DNA of 63,964 nucleotides, filler included, from Octopus bimaculoides (lineage: Eukaryota), in assembly GCF_001194135.2 (NCBI RefSeq). It is 6 parts of 5 records of this genome, joined end to end, with 100 filler letters (N's around TTAATTAATTAA, not from the genome) between each part and the next. Parts side by side here need not be neighbours in the genome. Positions count along the whole stretch, not along the records: positions 10,713 to 22,813 come from NC_068983.1; positions 22,914 to 32,697 come from NC_068993.1; 4 more parts are not named here. The stretch is one strand, 5' to 3'. Under the pieces are notes generated by a model. That model saw only the letters and a list, made by a program, of their open reading frames with translations. It did not search any database and had not been told where the DNA came from. Positions 11,290-23,429 of this stretch are shown piece after piece (position 1 is the stretch's first letter; each line of letters begins with the position of its first letter). Made by a program: the position numbers and the translations under genes.

Positions 11290-14200
11290 TGAGAATTTCA
11301 TCCCCAAAACCCCAAAGGACAGACTGTTAATTAAAACATCTTTGGGATTTCACAAAGCAATACAGAAAAACTTCTTATCTAGTGTGGGGATTTTAAAGAA
11401 CAACTGTAGATAAAAGACTCTTGAGAAGAGCTATTTAAAAAAACATTAACCTAAAGAGAGGTCCAGAATACCTGGGCTTCTCAAAAATCAAGGTGAGTGA
11501 TCACTTTTTTTTTTTCTTTCTCTGACTAACATGCCTCCACTGAAAGTAGGGTTTGTAGATGTGTATGGCATTGGGGTCAGCTTGGAAGCAAGGTTGCTTG
11601 CGCCGTTATCTCAGGTTGCTTGATTTAGATGTAGCCAACATTAATGAAACAAGTATTTCCAGAAGGCATGCTCTAGCATTCATTTTCGAAGGCTATGAGA
11701 TATTCTCATCTTGTGGTCTATTGAGAGCAGGTGGCAGTGTAGCAGTGCTGTTCCAGAAATTCTTAAATCTTCTTGAATATGAACGGCAGTGAAGGTGGTG
11801 CTTTTAGACTAGTTTGCCATCTATGCCGCAGCAGGGGCTAGAAGGCCTGATTTCTTCAGGCATCTAGAAACATTCCTAGGAACATTTCACACTTTAGTAC
11901 TAGTAGGGGACTGAAATAGTATTTTGAGTTATAGTATTTTGAGTTACAGAAGTAGGTGTAAAAGCCTTGTAAGCCTACTCAGAAATTTTCAGCTGTCTGA
12001 CAGGTATCAACTGGATGTCCCTGATTATCCAGTGTGAACATGAAGCAACCACACCAGGTCTTTCAGATAATATGTAAAGTATTTGTTACATCAACAGATA
12101 GCGATAGCATAGGATGTCCCCAGTTCAAACTGGTTAGCTACTCAGACCACAAATTTGTGATCTGCTCAGTCAATTTAGATGGCACCCATAGATAGGGACC
12201 CCAATGCCATGCACATCTATACACCCCACTTTCAGTGGAGGCATGTTAGTCAGAGAAAGAAAAAAAAAAAGTGACCACTCACCTTGATTTTTGAGAATCC
12301 CAGGTATTCTGGACCTCTCTTTAGGTTAATGTTTTTTTAAATAGCCCTTCTTAGAGTCTTTTATCTACAGTTGTTCTTTAAAATCCCCACACTAGATGAG
12401 AAGTTTTCTTTATTGTTACTGGCATGCAAAGACAACTGGGACCAGATTAGTGAACTTGTTAAGCGACAGATGTCGCGGATGATCCTCAACAACTGGTGGT
12501 GGATCAAAGAGGGTGATTTAGAGTAGAATTGATAGTGTTTGGAAAGAGCTAGCAATACAAAGAAATAGATTAGAGGGAGCACTAGTTAGCAAACCAGAAG
12601 AGGTGATTAGTAAAGGCATCATGATCGACGTGCTAGTGGTGAGAATGGCCCTTGATCGTTTCTTCAAGGTGAAACATGGAGGCTGTATTGTCAGTGCTAA
12701 AGCTTGTGTGCTCAAACATGAAGGAACTAAAGTCATCTGATGGACCCGAACTGTGGAAACTTGATGTGGCAACAAAACCACAATCATATCTTTGACAGAT
12801 TGGGACAGGTACTTGCTACTCAGTTCCTAGATGTGTGCAGCACTTCATGCAGCTGTTTCAGGAAGGCTGTGGGTTGACAATGGTAGCAGACTTCAGTTTG
12901 TACCTGGGTGACCTGCCATGGCTCTTGGCAGCAAATTAAAGATTCTGCAAAAGGCTGATATGGGAGACAATGAGCTGTTGCACAAGTCACAAATTGCCTG
13001 GTTTAGATAGTCTGCCCTATGAATTCTATGAGTTCATGCCAGATTTGTTTGACAGTTTTTTGGTAGATGTCTACTGTAACTGGCAGCAGAACAGAATTCC
13101 TAGTGCTGTTAGCTGAGAGTGGTAATGCTGCTGAAGAAAGACAACAACAAAGAGGAAGTACTAGGAAATTTTTGGCCCATAACTCAGCTATACACAGTTT
13201 AAGATTTTGGTCAAGGTGTTAGTCAAAAGATTAACACTTGTCATCAGTAGTCTGATGGGGAAGCACAAATGTGTGCAATCTCTAAAACAGGTCTATCCAC
13301 GACAATCTCCACCTTATGTGATACACCATAGGGAGGGCTAAGACTAAAGCTGGTTTTAGTGGGGCTCTGATCAATTTCAATAAATTCAAAGCTTTTGATA
13401 GGGTCAAACAGCACTACATGGAAGTCATCCTGAAAGCAGCTGATTTCAGTCCTGTCTTCAGAGGCTGAATCACTGTAATGCACAGCGGCACCTGCTTGGT
13501 GGTCAGAGTAAATAGCTACCTATTGGATCTATTTTGCCTCACAGGTTTGGTTTGTCAGGGCTGCCTGCTTGCTGTTACTTCTTCTGTACATGATGGCTCT
13601 CAAGCTACTGCTGTAGAAGTTAGAACAGTTGAGGAACATCCTTTTTAAGCTGGGGCATGAGAGGGCAGTGTTAGCACATGTGGACAACATTGCCCTCACA
13701 GTGTCAGACAGCTCCAATGTGGAGACAGTTGGCATCATTCTAAAGGAATATGAGTCAGTTGCAAGGGCCAAAATCAATGCCAACTTGTCCATAGGCTTGC
13801 AGCTGGGGACCGGGAGAGGCAGGTCAATGTTGTCAGATGTTGTCGTTGGATGCTTGACTGACAAATCAGTTAAACTGCTCAGAGTCTGGTACACTGCTGA
13901 TCTCAAGGTGGATCAGAACTGAAACAAGGTGACGAACAGGGTGGCCAGTCTTACCCAGAAATGGGCAGAGAGGATGCTATCCCTGAAAAGTTGGGCAGAG
14001 GTGGAAAATATCTACATCATCATTTATCACCTGGCTGTTGTGCTCTGCTCTAGTCACTGCCTGATCGGGCTAGAGCATGCTTTTATTTATTTTCTTGTGT
14101 AAGGGACACATTCCAATGGTCAAGCAGTCAATTTGCTGCTAGCACCCTCTGCATGATGGTTTAGGCATGCTGTAGCTATTCATGCACAGATACATGCTGA

Positions 14201-14850
14201 GGTTGTGCAATGATTTCTGGATGGTGAATATGTGTGGGCTTCATTTGTGAGGCACATATTTCTACAGCTCTTCTCTTTGACAGAGCTACAGTCTTGAGTG
14301 GAAAAAGACTAAGACTGGGTGCCTGGCTGATAGAGTTATCAAATGCTCACAGCCCTCTGCCAGTCAGGCAATGGGATCAGTAGATGTTCTACTCTAGCAC
14401 TTCACAGGGGGTTAGTGAAAGGAAAGGGTGATGTTCTTAGAGAAACTCTGGGTGTTGACAAGAACTAACTTCCCAGTCTGTTTCAGGTGCTGTCCTCAAG
14501 TGAATTTATTGAAAGGTGGGTGAATGTTGCAAAAATGGTGAGAGTGGGTGGTACCACTCTTACCCAGGATAGACCTGTGAGTTCAGAGAACAGAAACTGG
14601 AGAGCACACTTGCCCTTGGTATTTAGGGAGATCTTGGATGGTGGGTTTCTATGATTGTCTCTAGATGTCTTCCTGTATCATGAGGATGAAATCATCTTCA
14701 TTGCTTTTTTTTTTTTAACTGATGTATTTCCTTTCTGTTTTATTACATAGCATGTATACTTACTACTTATATATATATATCATTTCATTGTTGTAAATCT
14801 CCACATTTTATGTCCTCTTCATCTATTGCTCTGGTGGAAAATAAAAGAAA
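11290..14850 (+). mobile_element. L1-group (Tx1-like) LINE, near-complete ORF2 but heavily mutated
   Basis: ORF2 start MPPLKVGFVDVYGIG at 11531; endonuclease motifs DVANINET, GGSVAVL and YSDHK; RT start region (gatagtctgccctatgaattc; KAFDRVKQH) and degenerate YADD (AHVDN, ORF 13629-13922); 3'UTR ending aataaaagaaat. Same family as 38430-39075 and 51879-53908. Confidence 0.88.
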
Positions 14851-15152
14851 TCAATATTATTATTATTACTGCCTTTAATGTGTAGTACAATAGCCAAGTA
14901 CTTAGTACAAAATCTGAATGTTGTGGAAATGGTATGTATAAAGAAAATTGATGATGAAAATGACCCACTGCTTGAGTAAAGATTTCTTTTGAATAGTTAC
15001 ATATCACAATTGTTTGGAGTCAACCTCTGTTACTTTACTATTCATCAGACATCTAACAGGATTTGTTCTCTGAGCATCATGTCTTACTTTCTGTTGTCTG
15101 TACCCTCTTTGCTATTCTCTTCTGTGTACACACACACGCGTGCGCACACACA

Positions 15153-15189
<37 letters not shown>

Positions 15190-15581
15190 ATCATCATCAT
15201 AACTTTGGCATTTTGCATCCAATTTTCTTGCTGGCATGGGTTTGCTTAGTCATCACAGTCTGAGTTCTTATTGGGAGATGCTGCTTTCATTGACTAGTGC
15301 TCTTAAATTTCACTTTTGACTTGATTTTTATGACTGTATGCTCTTCTTATTTCCAACCACTTTACAAAGAGTACTAGGTTCATTTTCCTGTAGCAGCAGC
15401 TCTAAAGATGTTGTCATGTCCTCAGCATGACAGAACTAAAGGGTTCTCTCAACTCAATGCTTTCATCTCATTTCCCAATCATTTTATAGCGTGTAGTGGA
15501 TGTATTTTTTCATTAGTACCAGCACTAGAAAAAGTGTAAAATTCTCAGTGAGATAAGTGTAGAAGAATTTCTGAAGCCTAC

Positions 15582-15661
15582 TTTTTCTCTGTTTGCTTAT
15601 CGCCAGGAATAGAGAGGAGGTTTTTTGCTTTGGCACCAGCATGAAAGGATTGCCTTGTATA
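15582..15661 (-). CDS. Candidate internal exon (YTRQSFHAGAKAKNLLSIPGDKQTEK), phase 0 to 2
   Basis: Acceptor ctttacacttatag, donor gtaggc, open frame with a stop just inside the intron. No homology recognised. Confidence 0.25.
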
Positions 15662-17790
15662 CTATAAGTGTAAAGAGTACTCAATACATGGACACTAAGT
15701 TAACATGACCAAGAAGAAGAATTGTAGAGAGTGCAATGACAAGAAAAAGGCTAGAATAGGTGGGTTATAGGTGCAAAAATATTGAGATAGAGAAAGAGTG
15801 ATTAAATGAAAACCCTGAGGAAGGAGTGATAAGCAATGGCAGAAGTGGTCATAGGCAATGGTAAGTGATGGGCAACAGCAGAAGTGGTTCAGAGTGAAGG
15901 AGGAAGTTGGACAACACATAAATGAGAGGGGTCAAGAATGCAGGAGAGCACAACAGCCATATGCTTGGTAGGATGATATAATCAACAAACACTCTCCCTT
16001 CAAAATTGCTAGCCTTGTGTCTAAATCAGAACAGAACACATACATTTCTGATTTTTCTATGGAAGGGACAGGTTCCACTAATCAGCAAATCCATCTGCTA
16101 CCCACACTCGCTCCTTGTGATCTTGGGATGCTATCACTGATTCATGCACAGCCATGCACTGAAATTGATACATTTACAGAAATATCTGAACCTGATGATG
16201 ATGATGATAATAAAGGGGAATTATATTCGGCATCTTTTATGCAACACGTCATTCTGCAGCTTATGTCTTTGACCAAGAAAAGTATGTGGTTTCTAGTTTG
16301 AATCCAATCCACTACTATGTACATTTCCAGGAAGAAGGTCCCTCATGATGACTGAAGGTCAAACCAATCAAAACATAATAGAGATGTAATTATTAAAATG
16401 AAAAGTTTAAAGTTGAAGCTAATAGTCTGAAAAATTTTAACTGTATTAACAATAACTCATCTTAGACATTTAAAAAGCTAATCAGTTTTCTTGTCTTCAA
16501 TGAATAGTAACCTTATTGACTCAGGATATTTATATCTTACTAGATTTGGCTATAGACACCACTCAGTTTTGGCAACAGAATGTTAACTATCACCCATTCA
16601 ACTTTTAGCCCAGAACATTATCAATTAATTTATTTGTGATTATTTGGATGCAAAAGCTAATATTATATTGAGTATAAAGGAAATTGATGTCAGAATAATC
16701 TTTTCACAGCTAAGACTGGTTAGCAATAAGAATGTTTATTTATTTAGCTGTTACAGAACATAATGCAGCAACTCTTGTTTCTGAATAAAAACATATTTTC
16801 ACACACATATATTTATGCACATATACATTTCTTTGTACTGCAGAATCCTTGAACACGTTGCCAAAATCTTATCATTCCAGAACTTCATTCCTTTCTGACT
16901 TCTCATACTATTCCACACCATTCATCAAATATTACAACTATTCAAACTAAAACTTGACTTCAACTATAGTAACTTCATATATCCAATTCATCCATTCAGT
17001 CCTACATGGCTTGTGGAATACAGGCCTTTGTGTTTGGTCCCATTGTTCAACACTTTGATCATATATATTCTGATGTAGCCTTAAGGTGCTCAAAGCTTTG
17101 TAAATGAAATTTGGTTGATGGAAAATGTGGAAATGCCATTCTTGTTCTTAGATGGTAGACTTAATCTGTTCCTCAGTGTAACATCATCACCTGACCCATG
17201 GATTCTTTTTGCAGAGACCATTCTGTTGTAGATATTCAGACAAGATTTTCAGTCTGATTACAATTCAGGAGTTGATGTTTCTTCACACACACACATCCAC
17301 ACACATCCTGCTCCCTGTCCTGGAGACCTTGCAAAAGGTCATGGATGCTCCTTTTCTTTCACTGACATAAGAAAAACAACAAATTCTCTGACTTTATAAC
17401 AAAACCCTGTCACCAATTCCTTCTTGCACCATTGTTGATTTGTTAATTATCTCACCTGAAAAACGGTTGGTATCTATTCTTATTTCTGCTGTTGTCTGTC
17501 TGTCTGCATGGCATTTGTTTATGAAGTCTTGAAAATATCTACTACCTAAAGTCTAAAGCTTTACTTGCTGGCTTTACTTGCCCTAATTTTCTTTGCTCTA
17601 ATTTTTGTCTTTATTATTTTCTCTTTGGTATTCAGTTACCAACTTGTTCTGTAAACTCTTTCCTTTTCTTTTATATCAATGATGTTCTGGAATACATTTT
17701 AGGTTGAGAACATTTACTATTTACTTGTTAATGTCTTTTAGTTTTGTTTTCTCATTGTGTAATCATATAAATTGTATACTGTTTTGTATC

Positions 17791-18257
17791 AAAGTCATAT
17801 TCTTAAGATTATAAACCTGGAAAAGTACAGGACAAGTTATTACACCTGTAAAAGTATAGGACAAGCTATTACTTCTAGTAAAGTAAAGAATAAGAAACTT
17901 TTTACTTAAAATATTGCAGCAAAGAATGCCAGTTCTTCTAATTTATCAGTTTTTACAGTTCTCATCTTCTAAATTTATTGTACAAAACTGTTCTGCTAAT
18001 TCATAAGTTTGTCTAATTAGTCACTTTTTTCTGTATTTAAGGTAGTAAAGTAGCCAAATTCTATTTAAGTATAGTGTTATTTGTAAACTATAATAAAATA
18101 AGTTTTAATATTCAAATTTTAATTTTAGCTGCAGTATTTTAAGTAAAAAGTTTCTTATTCTTTACTTTACTAGAAGTAATAGCTTGTTCTATACTTTTAT
18201 AGGTGTAATAACTTGTCATGTACTTTTCCAGGTTTATAATCTTAAGAATATGATTTT
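17791..18257. repeat. Long inverted repeat / foldback element (arms of about 126 bp, spacer about 207 bp)
   Basis: 17795-17920 is the reverse complement of 18128-18253 with 4 mismatches counted by eye. The arms contain an internal subrepeat of about 28 bp. Confidence 0.9.
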
Positions 18258-18460
18258 TCATGCTTGCATTTTTCCATGTAATCCATGATTTTTCCAGGCA
18301 TTGCTGTTATAAGATAATTAATAATGTGTCAATTAATAATTTAAGATTTTACCTTATAAAATACTGAAAGATAATATTTCAATTTTTCCATGTAAGTGAT
18401 GATAATATTTCAATTTTTTTCGTGTTTAATTTAAATATATGTTGTGATTGAATTATTTGA

Positions 18461-18792
18461 TATTACCCATCCACACCAAATTAATGGCAGGGATTTTTAC
18501 CATGTTGTTGGTTGTACCATGGCTCACCAAAAGTTACAAACAACAAGACCCCAAAACCATCTGTTACCAGGCTCACCTTAAGTAACCTAATTTTGCAGTA
18601 TTAGGAGGTCACAGGAATTCATTCAACAGAAAAAAGATATTCCAATGATTCCGGGATTGTGGGGGGACCACACCCACCTCATTTTTTCCGAACCAAAATA
18701 AGGGATTTGTAGCATATTAGGAGGTCAAAGTACTTGATTCCATGCAAAAAATCAAATTTTTTTTCTTAGTGAAAATCGTGTGGGTGTTAATA
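18461..18792. mobile_element. Possible MITE
   Basis: Imperfect terminal inverted repeats of about 20 bp (tattacccatccacaccaaat / revcomp tattaacacccacacgattt) and an internal duplicated tattaggaggtca block. Confidence 0.4.
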
Positions 18793-19267
18793 TAGAAATT
18801 AACCATAATATTGTTATTTAGCCTCAAATAAACCCTGATACTGCAAGCATATCATCAAAGACATTCCAGCCTTCAGCAAACCATCTTTTTAGCGATAATC
18901 TAGGACATTACATACAATGGGCATGTGATTTAAGTAGGGGATACTTTGGCTGCTATTTTTAGCATGTCTAGGCTCTTTCATTGGTTCGATTGCGTGATGA
19001 GATTTTTTTTACACATATATATAATTTGTATATATATCATTGGCGGAAGTTAGAGAGTAAGTCAAATACTGAGAGTTTTGTGTATTGGTACTTATCAAAC
19101 ATGAATTTGTCCATTGTCACTCTGTAATTTTCTGACGAAATAACTTCTAAAATACAAAATTTTGTCCAAAACATAAAGAGTAAATCCTGTTCTATGTGAC
19201 ACCTCCTACCAGTATCAAAAGTTTGAAAGTGTTTAGTTAAAAAAAATCAATTAAATAATCTGTACAT

Positions 19268-19365
19268 CAAAGTCAACCTCGGCGAAATTTGAACTCAAAA
19301 ACATAAAGACAGACAAAATACTATTAAGCATTTCGCCTGATGTACTGTTTCTGCCAGCTCGCCAT
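19268..19365 (-). mobile_element. SINE family B head fragment
   Basis: caaagtcaacctcggcgaaatttgaactca...ttaagcatttcgcc...ctgccagctcgcc. Confidence 0.8.
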
Positions 19366-19973
19366 CTGAGAAAGTAAACATTCATTTTAGAAATATATTT
19401 TTTATGCTTATTGCCTAAGCGTTGTTCCCTTACTTCCTTACTTACTGACATGAAATTTCGTAACATTTTACCTCATAACTCTTTTTCTACTAATTTTTAT
19501 TCAATGCGACTAGCAATTCTGAATTCCTCATGCATTTTTCTATCATTTAAGCATAAGAAAAGTATACTTTTAATTCAAAATTTAAAAATTTATGTTAATT
19601 GAAGATGAATATCTGGCTTACTGCCCCCCTTGAGGTCGCTGATATTTTAACGTAACATTTTTTTCTACTGAACCAAATCTCAAACTATTTATGCCAAAGT
19701 GTAGCTGAGGAGGTGTCCTCTTTAAAACTATTAACAGTTTGCAATTTAGTTGATAACTGAATTAGTAGTAAAGCTTGGAAGCTGCTGCAATCGATGAAAT
19801 GGTGGACTTAAGAATATATTCAACCACCACCGTGGTTGAATGATATGAATGTTTATCTGTTTTTCACACTATTTCTCGTAATACAGCAGGAAAATTCAGT
19901 CTGGTAAAATTCACCTTAGCTATTTTCATGGAATTTGAAGCTATTAATGATATTTTTATCAGATACATAGTAC

Positions 19974-20079
19974 CTTCTTTCTACTAATGGCAGTAAACTG
20001 GAGCTCATCATGACAATTATTTATATAATTAAGAGCTTCAAATCTTTGTATATCTATGTCTTTATCTAAAACAGAACAC
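19974..20079 (-). CDS. Candidate internal exon (CSVLDKDIDIQRFEALNYINNCHDELQFTAISRKK), phase 2 to 0
   Basis: Strong acceptor ttgtattctttcacag, donor AAG/gtacta, 106-nt open frame with protein-like composition; phase-compatible with 24586-24791 upstream. Confidence 0.4.
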
Positions 20080-20188
20080 CTGTGAAAGAATACAAACTGA
20101 TGAACTCTTTGACTGGTTGATTTGATATGCCAAAAATATTGTTGTAATCTACTTATGATCTGAAAATATGAAATGCTGGACAATATAT

Positions 20189-20880
20189 ATTAGGGTAGAG
20201 TGTTTTTTCATGATTTTCGATTTTGTGATGGGGGTAGTGTGGAAAAGTTGTGAATGAACATCAAAATAACTGGTGTAAAATCTTAGAACTCTGCAACAAT
20301 ATCTTCTGTCACCTCAAAATGTATTGAAAAATGGAAAAAGGGGGGAAAAATGCCTCTACTTACTTATTAGCTATAAAATACAGTTTCCATTCATCTTCTT
20401 CGGGTAGCTTTTGAATGACCATGATGAAATTACTCTAAAATACGATTTCAATATGTTTTTTCAGTGACTTCATCTTCTGCCTTCACAAATGTCTCAAAAT
20501 ATGCAAAAATATTGTAATTCATCAAATTCAGAAAATTTTTCGTGTAGATGTAAATTACAGTACATCCCCGTCATCTCCTTGTGGAGGCAGTAGATGAAGT
20601 CACTGAAAAAAACATGTTCAAGTTGTATTTTAGCATAATTTCATCGCAGTCATTTAAAAGCTGCCCAAAGAAGATGCAATGAAAACTGTATTTTATAGCT
20701 ACTAAATAAGTAGAGGCATTTTCCCTGCCTTTTTCCATTTTTTGATTCATTTGTAGAGACAGAAGATATTGTTGCAGAGATCTAAGGTTTTACACCTGTT
20801 ATTTTGATGTCCATTCACAACTTTTCCATGCTACCTCCATCATGAAATCAAAAATCATGAAAAACCGCTCCACCCTAGTA
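20189..20880. mobile_element. Foldback MITE of about 690 bp with TIRs of about 310 bp in a TA context
   Basis: Left end tagggtagagtgttttttcatgatttt matches the revcomp of the right end aaaatcatgaaaaaccgctccacccta. The arms stay alignable for about 300 bp (ctgcaacaatatcttctgtc, gcctctactta, cagtgacttcatct). Confidence 0.9.
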
Positions 20881-20885
20881 TATAT

Positions 20886-22800
20886 ACACACCAATATTTA
20901 AATTTCTACTCCTGCCACCCATCCCACATAAAAAGAAACATTCCATATAGTATGGCAAGACGCATATGCAGCATAGTGACCGACTCACAGACACGCCACA
21001 TAAGACTAGAGGAACTTAAAAACTTCCTACTAGAACAAAAATATCCACTCACCTTAATAGAAAACGGAATCGAAAGAGCAATAAAACTGGACATCACACA
21101 ACTCAGAACACCAAAAAAGAAAAACAAAGCAAACATCATCCCTTTCATTAACACACACAACCCTGGAATCACCAACATGTTTCACATTATACATTCAAAC
21201 TTACCAATAATCCAACAAAGCCCCAAAATGGGAAGCCTACTAAGCAAATATTGCATAAAAAACAGTAAACGCCAAGAAAAAAACTTAAAGAAACACCTAA
21301 CAAGAGCAAAATTCTCAGCAGAGAATAAAACCGAATTGTTTGTAAAAGAGTGTGGAGATGGTAGATGTGGAACCTGCAGTAGCCCCATCTACAAATATAT
21401 AGAGGGGAACAAACAAATAAAATTTAAGAGTGGTCACACATTCAAAGTAAATGCAGACATGAATTGCAAAACGCAGAACGTAATATACTGCATAACCTGT
21501 CCCACATGCAAGGAGTATTATATAGGCGAAACTGGAAATTCTTTATGCCAGTGAGCTAGAATTCACCGACATGTCCGACAGGAGGAACTATGGAAAATTC
21601 CACTGAGTGAACACCTAGAAACATGTGGGGAAGGAAAATTTAAGATCTTTCCCTTCTATAAATGCTCAAGAAACGATACCTCCTTCAGGAAAAATATGGA
21701 GAAATACTTCATAAAAAATTCTCACCAAAACTGAATGGCTGAAAACATGAAGATCACAACCCATCTAAGCTCTTCAACTTTGGAACAACGGAGCCTAAAA
21801 AAACGGCAAGAAACCCAGATAGTGAGACATTTTTGTACCAACTAGAATTGAACCCAGTTACCTAGGTTCTCATATTTCTCTCCTAACTTTTTTTTAACTA
21901 ACCAGCTGTATAGATATAAACACAATTCCTTCCTCTTCCTTCCTTTCCATTTACACTCCNNNNNNNNNNNNNNNNNNNNNNNNNNNNNNNNNNNNNNNNN
22001 NNNNNNNNNNNNNNNNNNNNNNNNNNNNNNNNNNNNNNNNNNNNNNNNNNNNNNNNNNNNNNNNNNNNNNNNNNNNNNNNNNNNNNNNNNNNNNNNNNNN
22101 NNNNNNNNNNNNNNNNNNNNNNNNNNNNNNNNNNNNNNNNNNNNNNNNNNNNNNNNNNNNNNNNNNNNNNNNNNNNNNNNNNNNNNNNNNNNNNNNNNNN
22201 NNNNNNNNNNNNNNNNNNNNNNNNNNNNNNNNNNNNNNNNNNNNNNNNNNNNNNNNNNNNNNNNNNNNNNNNNNNNNNNNNNNNNNNNCAAAAAAAGCAC
22301 CCACACTCTCCTACTAGACAATGACACCAAAGATTCTTTTTGAAAAACAACTTCTTCAAAACAATCACACCTGCTCTTGCCATTTCTTTAAAAGGCCAAG
22401 AATAAACTTATCATTGAAAAGAACTGACCAGCTATAAACACAATATTCTTCTTTTCTCTTTCCCATCGACACACACACAAACACAAAAAAGCACACACTC
22501 ACACACACACTCTCTCTCTCACTTTTCCCTTCATTCCTCACCCTCTTTTACTATCTTATATATCTCTCTCTCCACCCCTACACACTCAATAAAACTATAT
22601 AAAGAGACCTCACAGCAAGCTGAACTCAAAGCAATTTGAAAAATCCTACACAATTAGGTGAAAAGCACTTTATTTAATTTATAAAACATGTGACATTAAT
22701 AAAAATCTGTAAATGTACAACCATCCAAATTTCTGAGTACCTTAATTTTTTTTCTATAATATAATTCCTGTACATCACCTCCAAACCTTCCAATATATAT
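20886..22800 (+). mobile_element. Penelope-like retroelement, 5'-truncated (RT thumb, Cys-rich linker, GIY-YIG endonuclease, 3' repeat)
   Basis: THQYLNFYSCHPSHIKRNIPYSMARRI (PLE RT thumb), CGDGRCGTC, and VIYCITCPTCKEYYIGETG (GIY-YIG). In-frame TGA at 21552-21554, then ARIHRH...LSEHLETC. Degenerate hammerhead-like motif at 22635-22668; N gap inside. Confidence 0.9.
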
Positions 22801-23159
22801 ATATATATATATANNNNNNNNNNNNNNNNNNNNNNNNNNNNNNNNNNNNNNNNNNNNTTAATTAATTAANNNNNNNNNNNNNNNNNNNNNNNNNNNNNNN
22901 NNNNNNNNNNNNNGAAAAAGTCTGTATAGAGGGGTGGAGGCGACAGAGTCAAGAGCTGCCCCGGGGTGTCACTCATTCTAGCTAGGCCACTGACATAACA
23001 GGGTTTTGAAAGCGCTACCGCTCTGTTGGAAAAATTTCAAACTCAACTCACGGACTTTGGTAGTATGTTAGCGGACCCCAGGGTGGGAATCGCAGAGACT
23101 GTATGATAGCTGAAGCCTAAGAAATCAAACACAAATGGACCAAAAGGAGAAAAAAACAA

Positions 23160-23193
23160 GCAACAACATCGGTAGTCATAGCAGCAGCAATAA

Positions 23194-23237
<44 letters not shown>

Positions 23238-23400
23238 ACAGCAACAGCAGCAGCAAGTGTATCACTAAGAGCCGTAATAAATGAAAAAAGAATTGTTCAA
23301 CAGAAAAAGACATCAGCAACAAGAAGAATGACAAGAACACACAAAATACAAACACTTCAACAAAACTCTAACTATAATTAACAACAACAGCAACAATAGC
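23160..23400. repeat. (CAG/CAA)n degenerate trinucleotide tract
   Basis: Direct reading. Confidence 0.9.
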
Positions 23401-23429
23401 AGCTACAAGAACAACCAAATACAACCACA

